64,000 nucleotides of DNA. Source: Stegostoma tigrinum. Its lineage: Eukaryota. The DNA is taken from contig NC_081378.1 in the NCBI RefSeq assembly GCF_030684315.1, positions 14,562,575-14,626,574 on the forward strand. The letters run 5' to 3'. A program made the translations under genes and the position numbers. Below are positions 52,611-63,967 of the stretch, in pieces; within the stretch, counting starts at the first letter, position 1, and each line of letters begins with the position of its first letter. The notes under the pieces are model-generated. The model saw only the letters and a list, made by a program, of their open reading frames with translations. It searched no databases and was not told where the DNA came from.

Positions 52611-53201
52611 GATGAAAGGTTATTTGTCACAGGAGGTTTGGAATACCTGTAGTCATCTGTACCAACAAACATTTATTGAGGTATTTTCTGATAAAATGGC
52701 CCCTTCCAGCTGTTTAGACTCCATAAGTGGAGCATCAAATGTGCAGGAATTATCAATGCTGAAATTAAGTGAAAATGCCTCATGGGTTGCCTCTCATTTC
52801 TCCATTTTAGAGAAATGGATAAGACAAAAGTTGACCAAGTTGTGTATCTCCTGTGGAAGGATGGCTGTTGATGGGCTCAGTTTTCATGTATGCTTTGTCA
52901 CCAGTTTTTTTTTTACTCTTCTGTCTGAATCTTCTGGCATTTTTATGATTTCAATTTACTTGTTCTGCAGTTTTTCAGCTTCTATTTTGTTGCGTGCATC
53001 TCTCTGGCATACAAATGTGGTAAAGATTGGCTGGTATATTGTAGTATCTAAGGAGCTGTATCACCTTGGATTTTGTACAAGAATTTTGTGTTGGACTATG
53101 TTGAGTTGCAGTGAAGAACGTCACCATTATTGTGGAGTTAGTGGGTCTGCAGCTTCTTCAGTTTGTCCACATTTTTTTAAATGCAGGAGTCCAGTAATTT
53201 C

Positions 53202-53388
53202 TGAGATAATGGGAACTGCAGATGCTGGAGAATTCCAAGATAATAAAATGTGAGGCTGGATGAACACAGCAGGCCAAGCAGCATTTCAGATGAAGCTCTC
53301 TGATGAAGGGTCTAGGCCCGAAACGTCAGCTTTTGTGCTCCTGAGATGCTGCTTGGCCTGCTGTGTTCATCCAGCCTCACATTTTATT
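53202..53388. mobile_element. 187-bp Penelope family-1 hairpin mini-insertion with 13-bp TSD
   Basis: gtccagtaatttc at 53189-53201 and 53389-53401; 48-bp arms 53242-53289 and 53341-53388. Confidence 0.92.
53293..53333 (+). ncRNA. Minimal type-I hammerhead ribozyme motif, intact core
   Basis: ct-CTGATGA-a-GGGTctagGCCC-GAAA-C-GTC-ag; predicted cleavage after C53327. Activity not demonstrated. Confidence 0.75.
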
Positions 53389-54411
53389 GTCCAGTAATTT
53401 CAGTTGGGTCAACCTGCTTCTTCATAAGCTGTGTTTTAACCTTTTGTCTGTTAAGGTGTAAAGATGCTGTCATAATCCATGTGTTAACCACAAAATGTGC
53501 CACGTGAGGCTTGGATTGTTGCTTTCAGATGTAACAACTTTTGCTGGCAATGCCATTATAATTGTTACCAAGCAGATTCTCTCTCTTGCCCTTAAAATTT
53601 AACTTTAGAAGTGTATGGAGTCTGATTTCTTCAGAACTGAATTAATGTGGGATATTTGAACTTTAACTTTTTTCATGAATTCCTTTTCACTTACGCCAAT
53701 GCTTATTTTCCTCTCTATTTAAGAGCTGAGAGCCATTGATGGGTTTCTTGGAGAATATATCCACCACAAAAAAAAAATTGTCATTGTAGACCTTATTGCT
53801 TCTCTACCCAGTTCTGACTTGCCCCATGGTGACATTGGGTATTTTGGAACACATCACTGAACCACCCAACCAGCATCCGTTGGGCCATTAAGACCATCCA
53901 AGCTGCAGCTGTGGCGCTACCCAAAAATGACTTCGAGGATTGGTTGTTGTCTACGAATTAAATTTGAAGCTGGGCACAAATATTTTCACTTATCCACTGA
54001 CAAGGCCATTGTTTGGCTCTGTAATTACATATAAACTGAAAAAGTATTATCAGCTTGCTGTACATAATTTCACAATGAATTGTATCTATTTGCTTGTATC
54101 AACTTTGATTTAGGCTCCATTCTACATCAATGTGGATTCTTCAATTTCTAGTTGAGAAGCCATCTCTCACTTGCCTGGCCTGTGCACTAGACAGGAGTGC
54201 CCTGGAGTGGGTATTCTAAAATCAGTCAGCCAGAAATAACAACTCATAAACCCTTGAATACTCTGAGCAGCAATCCATTTGACAGTTGCAAACACCATTC
54301 ATCCACTGCTGGACTGCCAATTCCAGGCAAATAATTTTCATCTAAAGAAGCTCCAAAAAGTGAAAATCAAGTTATTTTGTTTTATTTAATCAACTTGTTT
54401 TGTTTTAACAG

Positions 54412-54655
54412 TGAAAGAGGTAAACCTTCAAGACATAAAGGAGGACCCAGAGTGCGATCCAGAGGAGAACAGCATACTTTTTATGGGCATTCTGGTAAAA
54501 GCCCTGGCCAAGTTGAAGAAGATTCCTGAGACAATCAAAGCCATCAAGGAACGCTTCAATCAAGAACTGGAACAGATTGTGAAACGGTCCACAACCCAGA
54601 TCGCAGATCATGCTTATCAACGAGGTGAAGTTGTCTCACAAGAGAATCAACCGAG
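54412..54655 (+). CDS. EXOC4: EXOC4 coding exon, 244 nt
   Basis: Acceptor ttttaacag|TG, donor GAG|gtaata. Translates (V)[80 protein letters not shown](R). Confidence 0.96.
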
Positions 54656-55107
54656 GTAATAGTGCTACAGTTAAGAAGTGTGAAGAGGCACATAAACTTT
54701 TGGCAGTAATCATACTGAAACATAGTGAAATCAGTACACATTAGTCTGTTAAGAGCTCAGTCAGTTTTCAGCACATTTTGCAAACCTTTACTCGAAATAT
54801 TTTGTTTTAAGTTCTGATCTTTTTATAAAATGCCTGTAGGGATTGTTATTTGTGTCTCTCTTATCTCTTTGACCCAGTGACATGTTTGACCACCGTGCTG
54901 TAACCTATAGAACTTAAGTCACGATTGATGAAATTATTGACCGCTGCCGGCAGCTTTTCAGAAAATGTTCCTAAAGGCTATGACTGTGTAAGCAAATGGC
55001 ATTTCGAGTTTTTGAGCCTGGGATAACATCTTGTTCTAAATCTGGTTTAGCTTGATAGCTCCGATGCAGGCAAATTGCACGTTGACCTCAGTTTAATTAA
55101 TTGATTT

Positions 55108-55922
55108 AACATAGAACATTACAGCACAGTACAGGCCCTTCGGCCCTCGATGTCATACCGATCTCAAGCCCATCTAACCTACACTATTCCATGTACGTCC
55201 ATATGCTTGTCCAATGACGACTTAAATGTACCTAAAGTTGGCGAATCTACTACCGTTGCAGGCAAAGCATTCCATTCCCTTACTACTCTGAGTGAAGAAA
55301 CTACCTCTGACATCTGTCCTATATCTTTCACCCTTCAATTTAAAGCTATGCCCCCTCGTGCTCGCCGTCACCATCCTAGGAAAAAGGCTCTCCCTATCTA
55401 ACCCTCTGATTATTTTATATGTTTCAATTAAGTCACCTCAACCTTCTTCTCTCCAATGAAAACAGCCTCGAGTCCCTCAGCCTTTCCTCGTAAGACCTTC
55501 CCTCCATACCAGGCAACATCCTAGTAAATCTCTTCTGCACCCTTTCCAAAGCTTCCACATCCTCCTTTATAATGCGGTGACCAGAACTGTACACAATACT
55601 GCAAGTGTGGCTGCACCAGAGTTTCGTACAGTTTCACCATAACCTCTTGGTTCCAGAACTCGATCCCTCTATTAATAAAAGCTAAAACACTGTATGCCTT
55701 CTTAACAGCCCTGTCAACCTGGGTGGTAACTTTCAAGGATCTGTGTACATGGACACCGAGATCTCTCTGCTCATCTACACTACTGAGAATCTTACCATTA
55801 GCCCAGTACTTTGCCTTCCGGTTACTCCTACCAAAGTGCATCACCTCACACTTGTCTGCATTAAACTCCATCTGCCACCTCTCAGCCCAGCTCTGCAGCT
55901 TATCTATGTCTCTCTGCAACCT
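55108..55922 (-). mobile_element. Young CR1 3' fragment, same subfamily as 4375-7053
   Basis: RLQRDIDKLQSWAERWQMEFNADKCEVMHFGRSN...; possible TSD ttgattt at 55101-55107 and 55925-55931. Confidence 0.93.
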
Positions 55923-56018
55923 AGTTGATTTCTCCAACTTGACATCTTGAGTTGCAGCATGGGACTCTTAGTCTCCATCCCTTGATATCTGTTCAAGTTC
56001 TCCAAGTCCCTAAATTCA

Positions 56019-56335
56019 GGGCTTTTGTGGTGCAATATTAGTGTTCTTTCCTGTGAGCCAGAAAAGCTGATTTTCAAGACCCACCTGCTCCAGAGGTATT
56101 TAATACGCCTCTGAACAGATGGATTAAAAAAAAATCAAGATAAGATAGTTGGTGACAGCACACCGCAATCTACCAGGTAGATGTTGATAATGTGACGTAT
56201 GACATGTTTGTTAGTAAAGGCTGTTGTGGTTCAGTAGTATTCTGCCTAAATCTGAGCCATGAAGCCCATTTTCAACTCCCAACTAATCCAGGAGTGTGTA
56301 ATAGTATTTTTGAACAGGTTGGCTAGGAAAACCAT
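56019..56335 (+). mobile_element. Two short (about 115 bp) tRNA-derived SINE copies (about 56019-56135 and 56219-56335)
   Basis: Both read gg.t.ttgtggt.ca.t...tgagcca...ttcaa...cca...tccag...taata...tgaacag.tgg.ta. Confidence 0.55.
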
Positions 56336-56689
56336 CTGAAGCCCTAAATTCTGGTCAAAAGCAAAAGATTTTGAAAATGGAAGTTCAAAATTGCATCTAG
56401 TATTAGAATTGCTGTTGCAGTGGCTTGTATCAGATTTTAAATATTTGGCAATGAAAGGAAGTGGACTAGAAAGGAAGTAAGAAGGCTGAAATTCATATTT
56501 CTGAAAGCTGTTGTATTGCCTGCTGGAAAAGTGCAGTGCTTGGATATTGGGCAAGAATAATATTACCTTGAGCAAACAGATAGCCCTAACTGATAGATGG
56601 AGACGGGGTGATTTTTGCTTCAGCAGGTGAGGTATAAGACTGTTGTCAGTTGCTAACATATGACCAAATGACTGCAGAACACCTTTTTT

Positions 56690-57490
56690 TTGGGTCAAGG
56701 GTGGAACACCAGAGGTTGTGGTCCACATTAGTGCCAATATCACAAGTAGAAAGAGGGATAAAGTTGTTGTAGAATTTTGGGTGCTAGCATGAGACCGGCA
56801 AGCAGAATAGAAGGCAGCCATCTCTGGATTACTTCCAATGTTATGTGTTTGTCAATATAGAATGATCAAATGAACACATGGTTAAATGCAAGATGCATGA
56901 TGCAAGAGGCAGGGCTTTTAGATTTGTAAGTCATTGAGCTGGTCCTGGAATAACTAAGACCTGCCTAAGGAAGATGGGTTAAACCTGAGCAGGACTCGGA
57001 AGATTGCTAAAGTTGTTGCGGAGGTGTGAATTAACCTCCCTGAGAGCAGCTTCAGATAAAATAAATATAAAGCTGATTATGGAAAGTAGAAAGCTCAAGA
57101 AACAAGACTAGTGGTTTGTTTTTTTTAAAAAAAGGCAGAATTAAGAACAAGCTATCTGACAGCACACAACATTTGCAACAGGATGGGTCATTTGATGGCA
57201 CTAGTAGAAGTTAAAAGAGGCATAATTGGAAAAGGACATGATCTCTGACTAAGTCTCATTTAAAGGCAGATATGAGGAAAGAAATTTCTCAAGACAATGA
57301 ATCTGTGGAATTCTTTATCACAGAGGGCTGTAGAATCTGGATTGTTCAAAATTTTCAAAGCTGATTGACTGATTAAAAAAAAAATCACTGAGAATCAAGG
57401 ATTATGGGGAAAGGCAAGAGAGCTGAGGATCGTCAGAGCAGCCATGACTTGATGAATGGAATGCCAACTTCAGCTTATGTTCTTTGGTCT
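56690..57490 (+). mobile_element. Old, internally deleted CR1 (ORF1 esterase remnant joined to 3' UTR)
   Basis: gaacaccagaggttgtggtccacattagtgcc (P-E-V-V-V-H-I motif) and a later CR1 tail gaatcaaggattatgggga...cagccatgacttgatgaatgg. Confidence 0.55.
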
Positions 57491-57629
57491 TTGTCAGTTG
57501 ACTACGTTTTCCACATCATAGATTACTAGTTCCCTATACTTACAGAACCAAATTGTCACTTGGTTAAAAATAAATGAATAGATCTTTTACCTGTTCCATT
57601 AGAATTTTGGCATCCCTGCAGATCTTGAT

Positions 57630-58685
57630 CGATGATAATAGTTTTAACTCCAGTTTTTCTGAGGCTCCTTGATGCCACACTCTGTCAAATATTATGTTGG
57701 TGCTAAGGGCAGTAATTGCCACCTCCTGTCTAGAGTGTAGCTCCTCTGCCCATGCTTGGATCAAGGCTGCAACAAGGTCAGGAGTTTGGTACCTCTGGTA
57801 GAACCCAAACTGAGTGTCATTGAGCAAATTATTCCTTGCCAATTGCCACTTCATAGCACTGTTGACAAGCCCTTTAATCATTTTGATGAACAATCATACA
57901 CCATAAGGGCAGTAATTGTGCAGGTTGGATTTTCTTGTTTTTGTGCTCAGGGTATTACTCAGCAATTTTTCACGTTGTCTGGTAGATGCCAGTGGAGCTA
58001 GATGGGAATGTCAGGGCCCATTATCTTTGCAGGAGTTAGTGCCTTCGACTGTTTCATGATGACGCATGGAGTGAACGAAGTTGGTAGAAGACTAGCATTA
58101 AGTGATGTTTGACACCTCCAAAAATCGAGATCGATCATACACTTTGTATTTCGGATTGAAGAGGGATGTAAATATTGAGCTTAGTGCAAAAGCTAAACAT
58201 GCTGGGCTCCTCCGTCGTTGCGCACTTGGATATTTCTAGGCCCTCATCCTTTTTTAGTCATCTGGTTGCCCATCATAAATCACAACTGAATGTGGCAGGA
58301 CTGCAGAGCTTAGATGTGATCTGTTAGTTATGGGATTGATCAGCCTTGTCTTGGTGATGGACGTTGAAGTTTCTGACTCCAGAGTATATTTGTGCCTTTG
58401 CTGACCTCAGTGCCATTTTGATGTGATGTTCTTCATCATGTGCTGTTCCCTCACCCAAGGTGGGGAGGCAATAAGTGGCAATCCGCAAGAAGTTTTCTTA
58501 CCAATTTTGTCCTTATGACATTTAATGGGGTATGGAGTCATTTTTGAAGATTCCCAGGATAACTCCTTCCCCAAATTATACAACAATGCTTCTGCCTTCT
58601 TTGGGTGTGTTGTCCCAAGAGGCAGGTCATATACATGGATTGTGATGATGTCTGGGACTTTGTCAAGAGGGTATGATTCCATGAC
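57630..58685 (-). mobile_element. Family-B LINE internal fragments (RT, APE)
   Basis: LVNSAMKWQLARNNLLNDTQFGFYQRYQTPDLVAALIQAWAEEL...IFDRVWHQG. Confidence 0.75.
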
Positions 58686-58789
58686 CGAGTACTACCATTA
58701 ACCAGAAAGTAATCTGGAATGGCTACAAACTACTGAAAGTGTCAGCACTGGTAAAAGGCTAAGAATTCTTCATATCATCCTGATTCCCT

Positions 58790-59270
58790 GAAGCCCATTC
58801 ACCAATTCCATGGGACAAGTCCAAGGTTTTAATGGAATACTTCCCATCTTCGTGGATGAGTGCTGATCCAACGCTACTAAAGAAGATTGATAGTGTCCAG
58901 GACAAAGCAGTCTACTTAATTTTTCGCATATTCTGAAACATTCATTTCTGTTATCAACACACAGTCCCAGTAGTGTAAACAGTTTGTCAGATTCATTGTC
59001 AAAATTTACCAAGACTCCTCCTGCATCTTTCAAATTCCCAACCATATCCATTTCTGAGGACAAGGGCTGCAAACACACAGGTTTTCTGCCAAGCCATTTT
59101 CTGTTCTGACTTGGGTATTGCTGGTCTGAAGTCCTGGAACTCCCTTCCTACAGCATTGTGGTTCGCTTCACAAAGCGGACAGCAACAGTTGCTAAAGGCT
59201 TCCTGAGCAGCCAGAGATGGGCAATAACTGCTGGCCCAACCAGAAAAACCCACTTTTTCCTGAAGTAATT
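58790..59270 (+). mobile_element. Family-B LINE 3' fragment
   Basis: acaagtccaaggttttaatggaatac...gtccaggacaaagcag...; tail agagatgggcaataactgctggccc. Confidence 0.7.
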
Positions 59271-59370
59271 TTAGAGAAACAAAGTGGTAGATCAATATGA
59301 AGAATTTTGATTAGTCAGTGGCATAGCTCTAGCTGCATAACTCCCAGATATTGCTTTGGAGAACTTCACA

Positions 59371-60580
59371 GGGTAAGCAGGTAGCTGTGGGAGTCGGTGG
59401 GCTTGAAATGCACATTGGTTTATAGGTGGTTGCCTGAGATGAGACAAAGGTCGAGGAAGGTGAGAGATGTGTTGGTCGAGCCCACCGACTCCAACAGCTG
59501 CCTGGAATACGCCTCTTCCCACCCACCTTCCTGCATCCCCTATTCCCAATTCTTTTGCTTCCACCACATTTGCTCCCAGGATGAGGCTAACAACTCCCGT
59601 ACATCCCAGACGTCCTTGTTCTTCTTCAAGGACTGCAACTCCTCTTACCGCTCCGTACCCCCCCCCCCCCCCCCCCCGCGGTGGTCGAGAATGCCCTCGA
59701 CCGGGTCTCCCACGTTTCCTGCACCTTATCCCTCACACACTTCCCTCCGACACTTCCGCCATCTACAATCCGACCCCACCACTAAAGACATTTTTCCAAC
59801 CCCACCCTTGTCTGCCTTCCAGAGACCACTCTCTCCGCGACTCCCTTGTCCACTCCACACTCCCCTCCAACCCCACCACACCTGGCACTTAGACCTGCAA
59901 CCGCAGGAAGTGCTACACCTGCCCCCATAACACCTCCCTCACCCGCGTCCCAAGCCCCAAGATGACTTTGCACATCAAGCAGATGTTCACCTGCACATCT
60001 GCCAATATGGTATACTGCATCCACTGTACCCGGTGTGGCTCCCTCTACAATGGGGAAACCAAGCAGAGGCTTGGGGGCCGCTTTGCAGAACACCCACGCT
60101 CAGTTCACACTAAACACCTGCGCCTCCCAGTCGCGAACCATTTCAGCCCCCCCTCCCATTCCTTAGACGACATGTCCATCCTGGATCTCCTGCTGTGCCA
60201 TAATGATGCCACCCGAAGGTTGCAAGCACAGCAACTCATAGTCCCCTTGGGAGCCCTGCAGCCCAATGGTATCAATGTGGATTTCACCAGCTTTAAAATC
60301 TCCCCTCCTCCCCCCCCCCCCCCCCCCACCGCATCCCAAAACCAGCCCAGCTCGTCCCAGCCTGCCTAACCTGTTCTTCCTCTCAACTATCCCCTCCTCA
60401 CCCCTCAAGCCGCAACTCCATTTCCTACCTAGTAACCTCATCCCGGCCCCTTGTCCAGCCTCCCTGGACTGACCTAACCCCTCCCTACCTCCCCACCTAT
60501 ACTCTCCTCTCCACCTATCTTCTCCTCCTATTCATCTTCGGTCCGTCTCCCCCCGTCTCCCCATTTATTTCAAAATCCTC
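59371..60580 (+). mobile_element. Penelope family-1 element 3' part (RT thumb, linker, GIY-YIG, partial pLTR) with inverted 5' segment
   Basis: PTDSNSCLEYASSHPPSCIPYSQF; CNRRKCYTCP; FTCTSANMVYCIHCTRCGSLYNGETKQRLGGRFAEH...PVANHF...LGALQPNGINVDF. Confidence 0.93.
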
Positions 60581-61371
60581 TTGTCAAAGCCCTTTTGTCC
60601 TTAAAATCTTAAGTCTTACTCCTTCTGGCATCATCTATTTAAGGTGTTACTTCACACGTGTGGAATTGGCTAAGTTCACTAATGATTGTCACACCAAGTC
60701 AGAAATGTTTGTGAGCAAGTTTGTCATGTGGCATGGAATGATTCAGGAGTAGACTTTGATTTCACCACCAACACTTGTGGAGCTAACAGGTTAACTGTTT
60801 TCTCTTGGTTAATGACTTTATTCACTTGAGTAATAAATTCATTTGTCATAGGTGTGCTGTGTCATGGTGAAATGATTCAAGTAATTGCATTATTAACTGT
60901 AATGGCAATAATTGTGAAAGTAAATTTTACGTTCAGATATAACTTGTATAGTTCTGCAAGTTGATGAGTTCACCACATTATGCCAGCTGTATTGATTTTT
61001 CATGCAGTTGTAGAAGGAAGTTTAAAATTAATTTTTCTAATAAGCATTGCTCTCCAAATATGCATTTTCATACTCTTGAAGCTACAGAATTTATCTGCTA
61101 AAGGGTCTCCTGTCTACCTCTGTCATTGAGTTCAAATAATAGGTCTGTTTTAACCCATTTATTAAAACTGCAAATGGACACTGGGCAGAGGATTTCTATT
61201 TGATCATCATCTTTTCAGAAAATCTTCTCTTGCAGTGTCCAGATTGATGACCGTGTTCATCATGTTTGTAGCAAAAAATAGCATGGGTTGGATAATGGCA
61301 AATAGAAACTGGCTGTTCATACTTTGTTAACAACTAGCTTATTTATTAATTTTGCGTTGACTTTTGTCTAG

Positions 61372-61549
61372 GTTACTGCTGGAGCTTCTAGAGTTGCTGT
61401 TTGAAAAGTTCTATGCTGTAGCTGCTGCCCATAAAATTATTCTCAGCTATCTTCATCAAATGGTCGTGTCGCCTTCTGGTTTGAACGTGAGTGAGATCAA
61501 ACTGTACGACATGGCAGAAGTCTGGGCTCGGATCCAGAGTGTGCTCCAG
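61372..61549 (+). CDS. EXOC4: EXOC4 coding exon, 178 nt
   Basis: Acceptor ttttgtctag|G, donor CAG|gtaagt. Translates (R)[59 protein letters not shown]. Confidence 0.96.
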
Positions 61550-61659
61550 GTAAGTCTGTAGGCCCGTTGTTCACGCTGTATCACTAATTACTGCAGTGCT
61601 GTTCTCCTTCATCTTGCTTGGATACTTCTGCTCCCACTGTATCATGCCCCCACTTTCTC

Positions 61660-61870
61660 CATGTCACACTGTACATTCTTTCTTCTTAGATGTTGGTTGA
61701 ATACCCTTCTGAATGCCTTGATTGAACCTGCCGCCACTACATTCCCTTGGGCAGTGCATCCAGCTGTTCATACTGTCTGTGATTTCTTTATCATGTCCCA
61801 TTTTGCTGCTTTTGGCAACTGTTTCAAATTTGTTCTCTTTCAGTTTCATTCATGTCAAATCGCATTTTGT
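61660..61870 (-). mobile_element. Old CR1 3' fragment
   Basis: cccttctgaatgccttgattgaacctgccgccactacattcccttgggcagtgcatccag. Confidence 0.5.
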
Positions 61871-62357
61871 TCTGCTCCTTTCCATTGCGCTTTGGATGAC
61901 TTTCCAGGAACATCTTGTTGCTATTGATGGCTTTTAAGTAAACTACATTTTAAAGATGAACAGCTGCTTGAATACATCTACTTCCTTTTTGAGCATTCAT
62001 GTGTTTGTAGATTAATTAAAGAGACTTTATATACCAAACCATCAACCATATATTACAATATGGGAGTGGATATGGGAGAGGTTGAGAAGTGCTGTGGGGA
62101 GAAAAAAAAGCTTCTAAAACTTTTAGGAAAAATGGATATATTTCTTATGAGTATCCCCCTATTCAACTGCTATAAGATATCTGCTTAAATAGAGTAAATA
62201 AGACATTGAGCAGTAGGCAGTTAGTTCAAACACTGGCAAGTATTTGGAATATTAATATTTAAATTTTGCTGGAAAAGCCACTGTTGACTGGAATATTTGT
62301 GTAACAAATAATTCCAGTGAACATTGTTAATTTTTATCTCCTAAATAGCAGTGGAAT

Positions 62358-62673
62358 TTAGATTAGATTCCCTACAGTGTGCAAACAGGCCATTCAGCCC
62401 AACAAGTCCACACCACCCCTTAAAGCATCCAACGAAGCCCCATCCCCTTATAGCCCACACACCCCAGAACGCTATGGGCAATTTAGCATGGCCGATCCAC
62501 CTAACCTGCACATCTTTGGAGTGTGGAAGAAAACCTGAGGACCTGGAGGAAACCCATGCAGACACAGGGACAATGTGCAAACTCCACACAGACAGTCGCC
62601 CGAGGCTGGAATTGAAGTTGGGTCCCTGGCGCTGTGAAGCTGCAGTGCTAACCACTGAGCCACTGTGCTGCCC
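62358..62673 (-). mobile_element. HE1-type SINE, near full length
   Basis: Minus strand gggcagcacagtggctcagtggttagcactgcagcttcacagcgccagggacccaacttcaattcc...gggctgaatggcctgtttgcacactgtagggaatctaatctaa. Confidence 0.92.
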
Positions 62674-63536
62674 TTAAATCTCTTTGCTCCTTCACAAGCA
62701 CTGCAAATGAAAAAGGCTGCCTCAAAAGCTCAATTTGTTTACATGTATACTGGGTGCCTGTGACTCTTGTGTTTTAGGTTGCTCACACAAAGCAATGGGT
62801 AAAGCTCAGTCTGGGGAAATGAATAACAGTTCATGGAGACTCCATTCAAGATGGTTGTAGAGGAGCAGGTAGCATTTGAGCTCCTGAGCCCAGGCTTCAT
62901 CCACTTTTCTTTTCTTCCTTTTTATCTTTTGCTTCAGTTTTTCATGTAAACTGACCTTGTTATTAAGAACGGTGGTGTTGGTGGTGGCAATATGGGTCAA
63001 GCACGGACATATGACGAGCTTTTGGATTCCCTGCAGTGGAGGTGAACTTGGGCCTAGTGGCCCAGCCCAAGACCCAGTAGTGTTGCTGTTTGCATTGGTG
63101 AAGTTGGAGCACAGCACAGACTCTAGTCAGTGGTGATGGGGTTGAGTTTTGGCCTGGTGCCGCACCAGTGGCATCAGTGGTGGTGGAATTGGCGTGATCA
63201 GCCCAGCAAGGAGTCATAGTGGTAATGTGGCTATTCTGTTTCAATGGCAGCTGTGTGGTGAAGGAACTCAAGGCAGGCCAACTCCTTTTACCTTTTTATG
63301 TGTATTTTGTTACAAATACATTGAAAAGTATATAGTGTCGCCACTCTCCAGCACCATCTTGAAACATGGAAAATAAAGGCAGAAAAGAAAGAAATAGTCT
63401 AACTCAGCTTGAAAGCTATGTCATTGTCCGAGATCTCCCACCCTGATGTGAAGACCAACCTAAACACCAAGCAATATAATAAAATGTGAGGCTGGACGAA
63501 CACAGCAGGCCAAGCACCATCTCAGGAGCACAAAAG

Positions 63537-63568
63537 CTGACGTTTCGGGCCTAGACCCTTCATCAGAG
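63537..63568 (-). ncRNA. Minimal hammerhead ribozyme motif, intact core (minus strand)
   Basis: Reverse complement reads ct-CTGATGA-a-gggtctaggccc-GAAA-C-GTC-ag. Confidence 0.7.
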
Positions 63569-63935
63569 AGGGGGATGGGGGGAGGGAACTGGAATAAATA
63601 GGGAGAGAGGGGGAGGCGGACCGAAGATGGAGAGTAAAGAAGATAGGTGGAGAGAGTGTAGGTGGGGAGGTAGGGAGGGGATAGGTCAGTCCAGGGAAGA
63701 CGGACAGGTCAAGGAGGTGGGATGATTCACCCATCCCTTCCTCCCACCCCAAGCCGCACCCCCCGCTACCTACTAACCTCATCCCACCTCCTTGACCTGT
63801 CCGTCTTCCCTGGACTGACCTATCCCCTCCCTACCTCCCCACCTATACTCTCTCCACCTATCTTCTTTACTCTCCATCTTCGGTCCGCCTCCCCCTCTCT
63901 CCCTATTAATTCCAGTTCCCTCCCCCCATCCCCCT

Positions 63936-63967
63936 CTCTGATGAAGGGTCTAGGCCCGAAACGTCAG
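63936..63967 (+). ncRNA. Minimal hammerhead ribozyme motif, intact core (plus strand)
   Basis: CTGATGA 63938-63944, stem II 63946-63957, GAAA 63958-63961, C-GTC 63962-63965. Confidence 0.7.

Noticed and set aside
52573-53253. 226-aa ORF on the + strand
   Set aside because: It runs from a CR1 tail through T-rich intron into a Penelope tail, with no recognisable domain or splice logic; a chance ORF.
53760-53960. GC-richer tract next to an A-run, considered as a retrocopy or snoRNA
   Set aside because: No frame gives a recognisable protein, and no TSD or convincing snoRNA boxes were found.
56246-56821. 191-aa ORF on the - strand
   Set aside because: It is antisense to a CR1 ORF1 remnant and SINE sequence, with no protein-like motifs.
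31220-60328. Long poly-C runs (about 31220, 33990, 59657, 60309) as G-quadruplex or i-motif signals
   Set aside because: They lie in C-rich parts of repeats; homopolymer expansion or sequencing error is the simpler explanation.
2374-62673. All four HE1-type SINEs are antisense to EXOC4
   Set aside because: Four of four on one strand is easily chance; other families occur in both orientations.
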